Program-made: the position numbers and the translations under genes
In this document: piece after piece, positions 40,017-52,212 of the stretch
Layout: each line of letters begins with the position of its first letter
Numbering within the stretch: position 1 is the first letter of the stretch
From: Felis catus
Taxonomy: Eukaryota
Assembly (NCBI RefSeq): GCF_018350175.1
Contig: NC_058382.1
Location: 50,408,001 to 50,472,000 of the forward strand
Direction: 5' to 3'
Length of the DNA: 64,000 bases
Notes under the pieces: model-generated
Databases searched by the model: none
What the model was told of the DNA's origin: nothing
The model's input: the letters and a program-made list of their open reading frames with translations, nothing else

Positions 40017-40309
40017 TTCTCTATTTTTTTAACATTATATCATTAACTTTATAAAGAGTGTAACTGCTGCTTCCTTTGTCTTCTCTTCCCTACATAAACA
40101 AAACTTCATAGCCTTTACCTATTCTTACCAGTGCTCATGAATTCTGAGCTTTTATTTTCCTCTTTGAATTGTATGCATATTCTTTTTGTTAATTTCCTGT
40201 AAATTTTCATCACTCTTTTTAGAATCCCTTCATGTTTCTTACTCCTCACTGTGTACCTTTAGGATTGTCATTGCCGGAACTCTAGAGTTCATAGCTTCTT
40301 GCATATGTT

Positions 40310-40510
40310 GACCTATGTTATTATTAATATTGACAAATATTCCTTTTGTGTGGCACTCTGTGGACTCTAAGGTGGTGGAGGCAGACATTATTATCATTAT
40401 TTACAAACTAGGAAATGGAAATTTAGGACGTACTTCCAAAGCCATGAGTAAGGGCGAGGAGAGCTAAGGCTTGGACTTGATTTCCATGATGTCAAATCTA
40501 TTGCTCTTCG
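40310..40510 (-). mobile_element. MIR relic
   Basis: ATTATTATCATTATTTACAAACTAGGAAATGGAA... Confidence 0.5.
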
Positions 40511-40984
40511 AAATGGAATACACTCGTATTCTCTCTGAGCCTTTGGAATCACCTCCCCTGAATAAGAGGACCCCACATGTGCTTGGTCTCAAGCTTCCCT
40601 CTCTGACATGATAAATTATAAGGCATCATGCTTACTTTCTTCGCAAGGATTCTGTTACTTGTATTTTATCAACAAGTTCTTCTTTACTCTTCAGAGTGAC
40701 GTGTCAAGCATCACTTGGTGTATACACCTGTAAAATCCTCTGAATGTCCATTGACTCCCCTTGCTCCTTGGTACCAAAGACCTACCCACTCCGTTAAGTT
40801 CCTTCTTTGAGTCAGCAATCCCAAGAACAGGTTATAAGGGACTAAAAATGCTCCAATCGCCAAGAAAAAACAACTCCTTTCTGCAAGATGGTGACACTGT
40901 GTGACCCAGGCATTCTGCCAGTATTGTTTCCTTCTCACTTAACCCCTCTCCTTCCCCATTCCTTTCTCTATTCCCTTTGGGTAT

Positions 40985-41393
40985 TGTATCAGTCTGCGAA
41001 GCCCACCATAACAAATAGCACAGACTGGGAGGCTTAGACAACAGAAAGTTATTTTCTCGTAGTTCTAGAGGTTGGGACTCAAAGTGCCAGCAGGGTTTCT
41101 GGTGAGGACTTTCTTCCTGGCTTGCAGATGGCCACCTTCATACTATGTCCTCACATGGCCTTTCCGCTGGGTGTGTGATCAGTCAGAGAGACGTCTGGTG
41201 TCTCTTCCTCTTCTTGTAAGGACACCAGTCACATCCCACTAGGGGGGCCTGGCCCTTGAAAGGCCCTACTTTTATGATTTCAGTTAACCTTAATTATCTC
41301 CTTAAAGGCTTTGTCTCCAAATAGAGACATATTGAGGGTTAAGGCTCCAATATATGAATTTTGAGGCAGGGGGGCGCAATTCAGTCCATAATG
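40985..41393 (-). mobile_element. MLT1A/B MaLR solo LTR
   Basis: CCATAACAAATAGCACAGACTGGGAGGCTTAGACAACAGAAA...CTTGCAGATGGCCACCTTC...CAATTCAGTCCATAA. Confidence 0.88.
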
Positions 41394-41914
41394 AATGTTC
41401 TCCCTGCCTCAACTGCCTGAATAAAATGAATCTTCTCTTGATATTTAGGAGAATTTTTGCAAGTTCAGCAGCAGATATGTTGCTTTTACTGATTGAAACT
41501 TAGGTGAGTGAAGTCGTCTTCCAGTTGAATCCCTCCTCAGTGGCATTGCTAGGATGACACCCAAGGTACTCATCCATTACTCCTCCTGCCTGGTTGCCAT
41601 GGGTGCTAGCTCCCACTGCCCTGTCTCTTCAACGTTTCTTTCCTTTTATCGACACCTGGTGCTCTTCACCTGTCTACCTGAGAGTTTCTCATATCCTCTA
41701 GAGGAACTCACCTTCATGACACCAACAATGCCTTCCTATAATATCACAGTGGTTTTTTAGCTTTGAAGCAAGTCATTTTCTTTGTGTGCACTATTCTGTT
41801 ATAAATTTTCCTTCCACCAAGTCTTAGAGATAATACAGGATGATAATTTACTTCCCTTCATCAAAATCACGTCTTTATCTGTCACCCACCCTGCTGTGTC
41901 TTACATCACAAATA

Positions 41915-42147
41915 TTTTTTTAAGTTTTGTTTTTTAAAAATGTTTGTTTATTTTGAGAGAGAGAGAGAGAGAGTGAGCACTAGTGGGAGAGGGACAGAGA
42001 GAGAGAGGGAGAGAGAGAACCCCAAGCAGGCTCTGCACTGTCAGCACAGAGCCCGACATAGGACTTGAACCCACGAACCTGTGAGATCATGGCCTTGACC
42101 GAAACCAAGAGTTAGTTGCTTAGCCAACTGAACCACCTAGGTGCCCT
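41915..42147 (-). mobile_element. Can-SINE, antisense to CNTNAP4
   Basis: reverse body and head; TSD TCACAAATA on both sides. Confidence 0.93.
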
Positions 42148-44292
42148 GTCACAAATAGTATTTTATCCGTCTCCAAATTACTTTCTCCTCTGTGTTACCA
42201 AGCTCCAGTTGTGTTGTGATTCGCTCTATGCATTTCTCATGTCCCCTTATCAAAAGTTGATTTTGCAGGTTGTTATCTTTGGCACTTTTCTGCTTTTTAT
42301 TTGCAAATCTCAGAGCACACAGATTCTTCCTTTTCTTCCTGTGATCCTTGTATGTCGAGCCACAAACAAATAAGACATAAATAAAATGAAAAAACAACCA
42401 TGATTCTAATAACTTCCTTAAATTCAATTTAAAATTTGTCTAATTTTAAATTTGTAGAATGCCCTCTAGTATTGGGAACTGGAACAGATGTTTGCCATAC
42501 ATTATTTCGCTCAATCTTAACACAGCATCTGTTCGCACCCAGTCTTTCCTCTTATGGGTGTTTTTCCATCCTCTCCAGTGCATTTCTCTTGTGGCTAAAT
42601 AGTCTTTGTATTTATCTTTTCTAATGGTTCATAATAATCTATCAAGTGGATGTGCTCTTATTTAAACATTCCTCTATTTTGAACCAATTGATTGTTCATT
42701 TATTTGTAAATTCTCCTAGTCTCCCAGTATCTGCTTGTCCTGGTATATGGTGATCTTCAGATTCCTCATAGTATCTTAAGCCATTTGCAAGCGTCAAGGT
42801 CATGAAGGGTTCCACGTCTTTGTCCCCTTCGTCTGGCAAGAAAATCTGAATTTCTTTTGGAAGGAGAAATTTAAAGCAGTAGCTGTCTTACACCCTTCCC
42901 TTTCCTGCTCAAGGATTTATAACACTTGAAGATGGTTCAGTGTCTCTTCTAGCAGTATCATTTGTTCAAGCGTGGATCAGAGGAGGTGGGTAGAGATTGC
43001 CATGTCTGACACATCTCAGAAGCACATCTGTCACCCTGCAGGAAACCCGCTCACTCATCAATTGGTCCCGTCAGCTCTACACAGCGCTGTCTCTTCTCTG
43101 CAGCCCTCAGCAGCATTGCCGATCCCCCCTACATGTGTCCCTCTCAGGAGCTCCATGCCCTGGCCTCTGATGGGCTGCTGCAAACACTGCTTTTTGGTTG
43201 TCCCCACGAGCCTCATGTTTTCTCCAAAAGGCATGAGTCATTATTTACGGCAAGAGCCCCTTAAATGCCGTATCACTCTTCCCTTGGTACTGATTTTGGT
43301 AATCCTGCTGTCGTAAGAGTTTTGTCTTCCTTTTTAAAAAGCTTATGATTTCTTTCATCTTTTTGAGAAAAATTTCAACATCTCATGAAAACAGACTAGT
43401 ATTCCTCAATATTTTTATTCCCTCCAAAGTCAAGGAAAGCAACCCAAATTTAATGAAGATCAAAATGAAAAAGAAAACATTTCAGATTTACAATTTTGAA
43501 TGAGAGCTGTTTCCATTGCTAAATCAACACCTGTGCTACTTGAGATTGTCTCCCAGAGAGTGGAAAGGATTCTGTGAAATATCAGATATGTCTTTGAGTG
43601 GGGTTCCTCATTAATCCCAACCCATTTATAGAAAAGAACAGTATCAGAAGCATTAAGGGCACTTTGTGCTTCCCTCTTTCTCTGACTATTGACTCCTATT
43701 CATCTAGCCCAGTTATTTGTATAGTTATGCCCGAGGCTCTTAAAATTTCCTTCTTCCCTTGTATAAGGAATACACTACGCCTTTAAAGATCTGCCCTATC
43801 AAGCAAAGCAATGAGACTTCCATTTTAATACTGTTTTCTTTGATGACAATATTGACAAGATGCTTGCTAGTTCCTTCATCTTCTTGATGACACAAGTGAA
43901 AAATATTAAGGGAAAATGATTTCATCGGGCTTTAGTTAATTGGTCTAAAATGAATTTCTTATTAATTTGTATAATAAATTTGTTGGGTGGACTTCTGTGA
44001 CTCTGCAGTTAAGGCAGTCTCTCACAAAGTACACCTTCGTAGTTTTATAGCTTGGAACTAATAGGATATTGTTGAAAATAAATGTATTTAACCACATATT
44101 TCATATGCTTGGCAAAATACCAGATGAAATACTACAAGCAAATGTTTCAACTTAGAGTTGAAATTTATTTCTTCTCCTGGAATGAACTGTTTTTGTTTTT
44201 AGTTAAAAGACAAAATTGATGCCCAGAACCAATGGAGTGTTTGAAACTGAGAGTTGTGATAAGTTTTGTACTTTACATTCAATGGATGTTTC

Positions 44293-44396
44293 CTTTTTTC
44301 TTTTATTTTGTATTTTGTATTTTATTATTTTTTAATATGAAATTTATTGTCAGATTGGTTTCCATACAACACCCAGTGCTCATCCCAACAGGTGCC
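44293..44396 (-). mobile_element. extremely 5'-truncated felid L1
   Basis: T-rich tail plus ~65 nt of L1 3' end; 14-nt TSD TCAATGGATGTTTC at 44279 and 44397. Confidence 0.92.
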
Positions 44397-44504
44397 TCAA
44401 TGGATGTTTCTTAAGCTATACATTCTTCTAAATGCAAAAGGTACAAGCAGACCAAGTCCCTGCCTGTCTGCCCAGTTGCCATTTCAAAGGTTCTGTTTCT
44501 TTCT

Positions 44505-44585
44505 TCCTTTCTTCCTTTCTTCCTTTCTTTTCTTTTCTTTTCTTTTCTTTTCTTTTCTTTTCTTTTCTTTTCTTTTCTTTTCTTT

Positions 44586-44629
<44 letters not shown>

Positions 44630-44968
44630 TCCTTGCTGGGCATTCAGCAGTTTCATTTTATTTTATTTTATTTTATTTTATTTTATTTATTTTATTATCT
44701 TTTTAAATATAATTTCATTAAAAATTGGCTAATATACAGTGTGTAAAGTGTGCTCTTGGTTTTTGAGGTAGATACCCATGGTTCCTTGCTTACATACAGC
44801 ACCCAGTGCTCATCCCAACAGGTGCCCTCCTCAATGCCCATCACCCATTTTCCCCTCTCCCCCATGCTCCCATCAAGCCTCAGATTGTTCTCTGTATTTA
44901 AGAGTCTCTTATGGTTTGTCTCCCTCCCTCTCTGTTTGTAACTATTTTGCCCCCTTCCCTTCCTCCAT
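44505..44968 (-). mobile_element. 5'-truncated felid L1 with two A-rich tails
   Basis: L1 3'UTR 44700-44968, (TTTTA)n, 25-nt spacer, (TTTC)n(TTTTC)n; 14/16 TSD at 44489 and 44969. Confidence 0.85.
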
Positions 44969-45024
44969 GGTTCTGCTTATTTCTAAACAAGCTTCCGATG
45001 AGATGTACAGAAAAACAAATATCA

Positions 45025-45248
45025 GGGGCGCCTGGGTGGCGCAGTCGGTTAAGCGTCCGACTTCAGCCAGGTCACGATCTCGCAGTCCGTGGGTTCAAGC
45101 CCCGCGTCAGGCTCTGGGCTGATGGCTCAGAGCCTGGAGCCTGTTTCCGATTCTGTGTCTCCCTCTCTCTCTGCCCCTCCCCCATTCATGCTCTGTCTCT
45201 CTCTGTCCCACAAATAAATAAACGTTGAAAAAAAAATTAAAAAAAAAA
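45025..45248 (+). mobile_element. young cat-type Can-SINE (SINEC_Fc-like)
   Basis: many CpGs intact, CAGCCAGGTCACGATCTCGC motif, TSD AGAAAAACA(A)ATATCAG. Confidence 0.96.
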
Positions 45249-46299
45249 AGAAAAACAATATCAGAGTTACCCTAGAGTTTCTGGATTTTGGAGGTTGGGT
45301 AAGCAAATTATCCATCCATCCACTGAAACTCTCAAAGAGCTACCTGTGAGTTTCTTGTTGTAGTCAGGGTAGGGGTATAAAATCAGAAATCCCTGCATTC
45401 AGAGAACCAAAACCAAATGGGGAAGACAGAAAGACATGCCTTACAGTCACTAATAAAAGGCAGGCTGTGACACACACTCCATTTCAATCTAGATTCCTGG
45501 AGTAATGACATTCTGATTTATTTGGTAAACTCTTGTTGACCATGTGCTTCCTCTCATGTCCTTTAAAAATCAATAAATGACCAGTAATACTACTAGAATT
45601 GATATAAGATGAGTTTTTGCATTTTTCACCAACTTTGAGTGGATAGTTCAGAAATTTATCCCCACGAATTACACTGGATGAATATGGTCCATGTTAAATG
45701 AACTCTGAAATTCTATGCTTTGGGACCCTGGTTATTTTTCAGTTGGCACTGATGATTCAGAGGATTATGCTTAAGGAAGAAATACTAGTTAAATATATTA
45801 TAAAAATTCTTGGTGAAATAATGTTTACAATCCCTAGATATATTTGGTTTCATACAATTACTCTTCACTGGATTACATGATTCTTCCTTCCATCTGTTAA
45901 AGCCTTCCTCACCCTTGTAATTTCTGAGGCCTCTTGGGGTTTCAACACACTCTACTCATTTTATTCATTTATTCACTCAACAAATATTAGCGTGTTACCT
46001 ATCATTACATGTCTTCAGCATCAGTGGTTTTGAAATGTTAAAATGGTCACAATCAGTAACTTCTTGCTAACAATTTGAGAATGGAAATTTTGGCTTCCAG
46101 GTATGTCAGCCTTTGAAATCATATTTTATGCCTAAGGTTTTGCTTTCCTGTACAACAAAACGTACAGTATTGTTCAGGGTGCTGATAGGGTGACCGGTGT
46201 CATTACAGACCACATGCTCATTGCTGTTTTGGCTTCAAGCTCAGCTTTGCCACTTTCTGGTCCTATCGAAAAGCACAGCACAGTGTGAGAGGCAAGGCA

Positions 46300-46830
46300 T
46301 TTGGGTTGTTCTAGGCAGAGCTCCAGAGAAAGCTGTTTCTTGAAGGATGAATAGGAGAACCAGGAGGCAGAGAAGGGAGAGGCGCATTCCAGTCAGAACG
46401 AGCCCCACGAAAGCATGGAGCCTCTGAATGCGCCACACATAGTCCAGAAGGACTGAGGGCGAGGAGTGGTAGCTGATAAAGCTAAAGGCACAGTCGTGAA
46501 GCAGGCAGGTCACGGGAGGCCCTACGTATTTGATCTCTATGGGTCACCTTAATATTATAAGTGGTTACGTGCACACACACATATGTGACATTGATTAGAT
46601 TTGTGTTTTGTAAAGGTAAAACTTCCGGGCTCTGAAGGATAGGAATGCTGAGGGAAAGGCAAGGCAATGGGATCTAACCTGGAAATATAGAAAGCAGATA
46701 TTTAGCTGATAAATTAACTCATGTAAGAAGCAATAAGAGCTACAGAATAACCCAGATAGTGACAACGGCGATAAGGAGCAGGCAACAGACTTTTTCCATG
46801 AGAGCATGTAAGACTGACAAAATGTCATGA
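46300..46830 (-). mobile_element. L2 relic
   Basis: CTTGAAGGATGAATAGGAG...GCATTCCAGTCAGA...ATTAGATTTGTGTTTTGTAAAG. Confidence 0.6.
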
Positions 46831-49456
46831 CTCACTGAAAACAGAGATACATCAGAGCGCAGAGAGGTCAATTCCAGCTCGCTGCTTTCACTTTTGTTTT
46901 ATTATTAATGTGTTTACATTCCAAGAAGGATAATACGCTATTCCTGTGTAGCTGCTTTCTTCCTGATTAAGGAATGTTAAGTGCCTTCATATTGGTTTCT
47001 TTTTTTTTTCTTCCATTCTCTTCTCCAACCTGCCTACAAAGGATCATATTTAAATTTGCTTGAGATTGTGTGTGATTATGTATAATGCAATATTTTACAA
47101 AGATTCATGCCATGGTGACATATTGAGTAAAATCTTTCTGAGATAAGGCTCATCCAAAATACTTTCTGGTGTCACACATGGTTGCATTTTAATGAAGTCT
47201 TTTACTTCTGGAAGGAACAAGAATATATCCTGAATTGAAGGTTTCATGGAGTATTCTTCTTCCCTGTGACTGATGACTATGATGTTTTCTTGTCTCCCTC
47301 TCAAATATCTATCCCTACCCCAGCCACTTGGCTTAAACAGTAGAGACTCAAGACTTGCCTCTAATGACAAAAGGCTGAGTTCCTATAGTTGGTTTGCTTA
47401 AATACTTTGGGACAAATACATTCTGGGCTGAAGTATCTACCACTTAATGTGTGTGTAAAAAGAGGATGCAGATAAAATAGAATAGCAAAAGTTGATTAAA
47501 ATTTTACCATGTTCTCTTCAAGTTACGTTCAGTTTAATTAAACATTTACCCAGTGCTTGCCCTGTTGAAGTGCATGCTAGAGAACAGGCATACAAAGATG
47601 GATAGACTCTGTTCTCAGAATAGAAGAGAGGGGAGAGAGAGAAGAAGAAGAAGAAGAAAAGAAATGATGCAGTTCATTAAATGTTAATGGTACCAATTTT
47701 GGATATGCCACATCATTTTGAACCCACTTCTTTTGCTATATCTAAGGATTCAGAGGCCAAAGGTGAATTCTGTTGAATTATTGACTGTATTCGATATCCC
47801 AAACATTGAGAGTAGCCGAAATAACCGTCCGTCTAGTTCTCCAGTATGTTCTGTGGTGTTATGCAGTCTTGTGAGATTTAAAAATATGACAGGAAGCATT
47901 AGAAGCTTTGAGTTTCCCTCCAATGTCAGCTATTACATTTTTAAACTATGTCCCTCTACCTGTCCAGCTATGAAGAAAAACCCAGAAGGTTTTTACTCAG
48001 AAAAGTTGTAAAGAAATAACCTTTACTAATGTATAAGTGAACACACAGGATTTACTAAGAATAAGAAGGAAACTTCTCTTTTGAAAAGTGTTTTAATATT
48101 TGAACATCCAAATTTCAAGTCCAACAAAACCAGCAACTGGTCTTTGGAAACCTGTTTCAACTGATGATCCTGTTTATCTAACAATTCTTGGTCATTCAGA
48201 TTTCACCATTTGTAATACACTGTTATTTAAATTTTGCTTGAAAGCAGAAAATATATCTACAAAATTCTAATAGGTAGGAGTGTGCCCTACCAATATAAAT
48301 GATCTACATTGCAAACAACTTGAGTTATTGAATGGACTATAATAAAAGATGATTATTTATATTTATTCAACCACAATACTATATATGATTTATTATGTTG
48401 TAGCTCTAAAAAATAAAAAAGGACCTGTTCTTCCAGATGTGCATATTATGAGTTAGTTAACAATGGAAATTAAATCCTTAGTACCAAAGAATGAGCTAGG
48501 AAGCTTATAGGAAGATCCTGATTCCGGTCCATCACTTAAACTTCCCTCAACTTAATTGAAATGTGTATTTTTAGGCTATAAAATAGTTGGTTGTCATCTC
48601 TTAAATTTGTCAGCCTTTGCTAAACAAAAGGAAGCCCCCAAATTTAGGATCAATCCATTGATTGATCCATCATTAGATAAGCTTTCACTCAGTTAACGGT
48701 TATATGTAAATCCTCCAGCATGCTGTTTTCAGGCCACTTTACCCAAGCACTCCAAACAACTTGCCCTTTATGATTTTGTTTGGCATTTGCAAGACACAAA
48801 AATGTCTGCTTTAAATATTTCTTTAAAAGTATTATTTACACTACAAGGCCTGATAAATCAGATACTAACCTAGAAGCCAGAAATCATGTCTGCTGTTCTG
48901 TCCCCTCATCTTTGTATCAGATGCCTCATCTTTTTCTGATAATCCACAATCAGAAAACCTACGAGACGCTTTTCTCTGCTACCTTCCCCCCTCTATTTGA
49001 GTGGTTACAAATTAGTGGTTCTTCATCTTTCAGTGTCCTTGCATCTACCTTTTTCATTTTACTCCCACAGCCAGAAGCATGGGGCCTTTCCAACTGCACC
49101 TTGGGGTTGAACAGTTAGATCGGGACAAGAAACATGTGAACATAGAATTTCAATGTATTAATTACTGTGCAAGAGGCTTACATGAGGTGCCATGAGGACA
49201 AGGAGGACATTTGAGCGTGAGGCTCAATGGCTCCTGGAGGAGATTACAAGCTGATGGTCTTGGAGCAGCACAGAGCAGTGACCCTGAAAGGAACTGCTCA
49301 TTTAATCAAAATATAATGGTCTCGGAGCATTCATATGAAGGGTTGATGGGATGGGGGGAAGTAGAATTGAAGATAAGTTTAGAATGAACGTTCTGGGTTT
49401 TGTAGAGGGCAATTAGGTTATTTAGGTTACCCCATTCATGTGTGGGAGGAGGGGCA

Positions 49457-49993
49457 GTGCTAGAAACAGCAAGAGCCTCGATGCTAGCCTCAACTTTCAA
49501 TCTCTCACTGACCCATTCAAAGGAGGAACACGGAGATTTGGAGCACAGCGAAGCAAGGCTTTAATCAATGTTCTTGCAAAAGCGGGTGTCTGATGGACAG
49601 GCACACTCGGGGGCAGTTACAGCAGACAGTTTATCTCCTAGCATGCACGTCCCTCCCGATTCCTCATTGGCTGAGTTACAGCCTTACCCACACATCGCCT
49701 ATACCCATGTAAGGCAAAAAGTAGTCTGATTGGAACAAATGTACATTTCCTGAGGTGACACAGAGACCTGCAGTCCCTCGTTTGTATTTTGGCGCTTGCT
49801 CATTGCATAGCCCGCAAAAATAAGTCCATGAAATGGAGAGGGGAAGAAGAATCAGGAAGTGAAGTGTCCAAGAGTTTGGGACTCCATTGTGGGGGGTGGG
49901 GGGACTCCGTTTTAGGTTGTAAACCTACTGTTAACTAGACAGCACAGCTTTTATTTGGTATTTCTGAAAATGAATCATCTCCCTTACTTCTCA
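49457..49993 (-). mobile_element. ERV solo LTR (ERV1-like)
   Basis: minus strand begins TGAGAAG, then two CCAAT boxes, TATA-like GATAAA and ATTAAA in LTR order; left boundary and TSD not resolved. Confidence 0.65.
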
Positions 49994-50529
49994 GAATCTC
50001 CAAGTGGAGAAATTCATTAGATTGTGAAATTCAGGCAGAAAGCCAGTGAGTGGAGTGACCACATCCTGGAAGCGATGGTGGCTGCAGCCATATAAAGCTC
50101 TCCAAGGGCTCAACTGCCCACAGGGATACTGGCCAACTGGGATGCAAGCCATCTCCAGGAGAACCACACTTTTGTAGGTTTTTTGATACGCAGACCCTTG
50201 GGATCTCTTTAACCAAGCAAAGTAGTGGAACAAAAACCTGGTAGAGATTTTTAATTTCATTTATTACAGTGTTTTATCTTCAAAAAGTCAAATAAGCCAA
50301 CTTTTTGCAGGTGATATCTGGAGTATCGCTGATGTACATTTAAAGAAATGTCACGGCACAGGCTGTGTTCCATTGTCTGTTATATAAAGAACCTCACCTA
50401 TCCCAGGTCGTGTCCACTTAGGACAACGTATTCAGTGTAGTTGCTCAAGGAACTCTTTCACAGTTCAGGCAATGTAGTGGGAGAGCTCTGTTGGTAGCGT
50501 GATGTGGTCATTCAAAGTAAAGGCATTGA

Positions 50530-50701
50530 GGGGTGCCTCAATGGCTCAGTCGGTTAAGCGTCCGACTCTTGATTTTGGCTCAGGTCATGATCTCATGGTT
50601 TGCACTGACAAGCAGAGCCTGCTTGGGATTCTCTCTCTCCCTCTCTCTCTGCCCATTCCCTGCTGGCATGCTCTCTCTCTCTCTTTCTCTCAATCTCTGT
50701 C
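50530..50701 (+). mobile_element. tail-less, internally shortened Can-SINE inserted in a MIR relic
   Basis: head GGGGTGCCTCAATGGCTCAGTCGGTTAAGCG; TSD TCAAAGTAAAGG(CA/TG)TTGA; MIR core CATCTAGAAAATGGAGATAATA follows. Confidence 0.9.
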
Positions 50702-51699
50702 TCAAAGTAAAGGTGTTGAATGGAAAGAAATAATAAGCCCAAAGCCTTTAGCAGGAAATTTAGATTCTTTGGCCTTCAAATCACATCTAGAAAATGGAGA
50801 TAATATTTTCCTCACAGGGTTCTTGTAAGGATTTAATGTGGCCGAGACATAGCATGCAATACATGTAACTATTACTGTTCTTAGCATATTTCTCTAGAAG
50901 GCTCCAGTTAAAGTGTCATTGATACACTGGTGTGGATCAGTTCATCCTACTAATGCCTTAGCTGCTTAGTAGATTAGAAGCAGTAGATGAGATGCTATGG
51001 CATATGCCAGGGAAGTACCTGAGTGATGGGTCAAGGAGAAGAGGTCTTTTATATTGGAGAGGTGAGGATGTGAACAAGTAAACAAATACTGGGTCAACTC
51101 GGCAGCATTTTGTAGGAACTAACATGAAAGCGATAACTTGTATACCTGAAAACAAGGTAAAAACTATACATTATTCTAATTCCAGAGACGTGTGAGTAGA
51201 AGTATGTAAGCAATTAGCATTTAAAAAGAAAAATTTTGAATGACACTGTTGAGTTTTGTCTTGTGCTACAAGAATTATCAGTTTTAAGGCATGGTAGTCT
51301 TCAAAAAACAAATGACATATCATGGCAATCCCATGATCCCATCAGCATATTCAAAGTTCTGAGGATTATTTTAAGCGAATTATTCTAAGTTCTAAAGTCA
51401 AATGGCAACTATTCAAAGATTTTTTTAAAGAATTATGTTTTGAAGCCAAAAGCAGATGATGGCGGGATATGTAAAGGAATGGAAACATGTGTTTTCTATT
51501 TTTAAATAATTTCTGGTCTAATTTGAGATGTATGTACATCTAAGATAATGATTACAGCTAACATAATGGTATTTGTAAATAATATGTGAACTCAGATATA
51601 TTGAAAGACCTGGAAGTAAATGAGTTCCCAGTATTTGGTATAAGGAATGTTATCGGGATGTTGGAAGGGTTACGGTAAGATGAACGACCTAGAAATGCT

Positions 51700-52212
51700 A
51701 AGGGTGCATCCTACAATCTCATCTAAAGCTTGGGCATCCTCTCAAGTTCACATATTTCTTAGCAGAGTTTAGTTCCATGCAGTTGAGGCCCTTGATTTTC
51801 TTGCTTACTGTCAGTCTGGGTCCGTTCTTAGTTCTTACGGGCCACCCACCATTGCTTACCATATGGCTCTCTCCGCAATATGGCAGTTTGTTCCTTCAAG
51901 GGCGGTGGGAGCAATTTCACTCATGCCTCATGTCTCTCTGACTTCTTTGTGTCTTTGACCTTCAGTACTTTTTCAAGGGCTCCCCTGATCAGGTTGTGTC
52001 CACTCAGGATAATCTCCCTTTCGAGTCACTAAAAGTCAGCTAAATTAGGGATCTTAATTAATTAACGACATCTGCAAAATACCCTTTGCCATTTAATGTA
52101 ACGTGATCACGGGAATGATACTGCATTGGATTCACAGGTTTTGCCTGCACTCAAGGGGAGAAGGTTATACCAGATGTCCATAATAAGGGGCTGCCTTAGA
52201 ATTTTGCCTTCT
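51700..52212 (-). mobile_element. MLT1D/E-like MaLR LTR
   Basis: CAGGATAATCTCCCTTT, CATCTGCAAAATACCCTTTGCCAT, CTTAGAATTTTGCCT. Confidence 0.75.

Noticed and set aside
42200..43400. Possible ancient CR1/L3 relic
   Set aside because: I could not recover a convincing endonuclease or RT motif by eye.
44347..44746. Lys/Glu/Arg-rich and Phe/Ser-rich ORFs
   Set aside because: They are translations of (TTTC)n/(TTTTC)n repeats.
48155..48185. GATGATCCT as a possible CNTNAP4 exon 2 (DDP)
   Set aside because: Flanking codons do not match and there is no acceptor.
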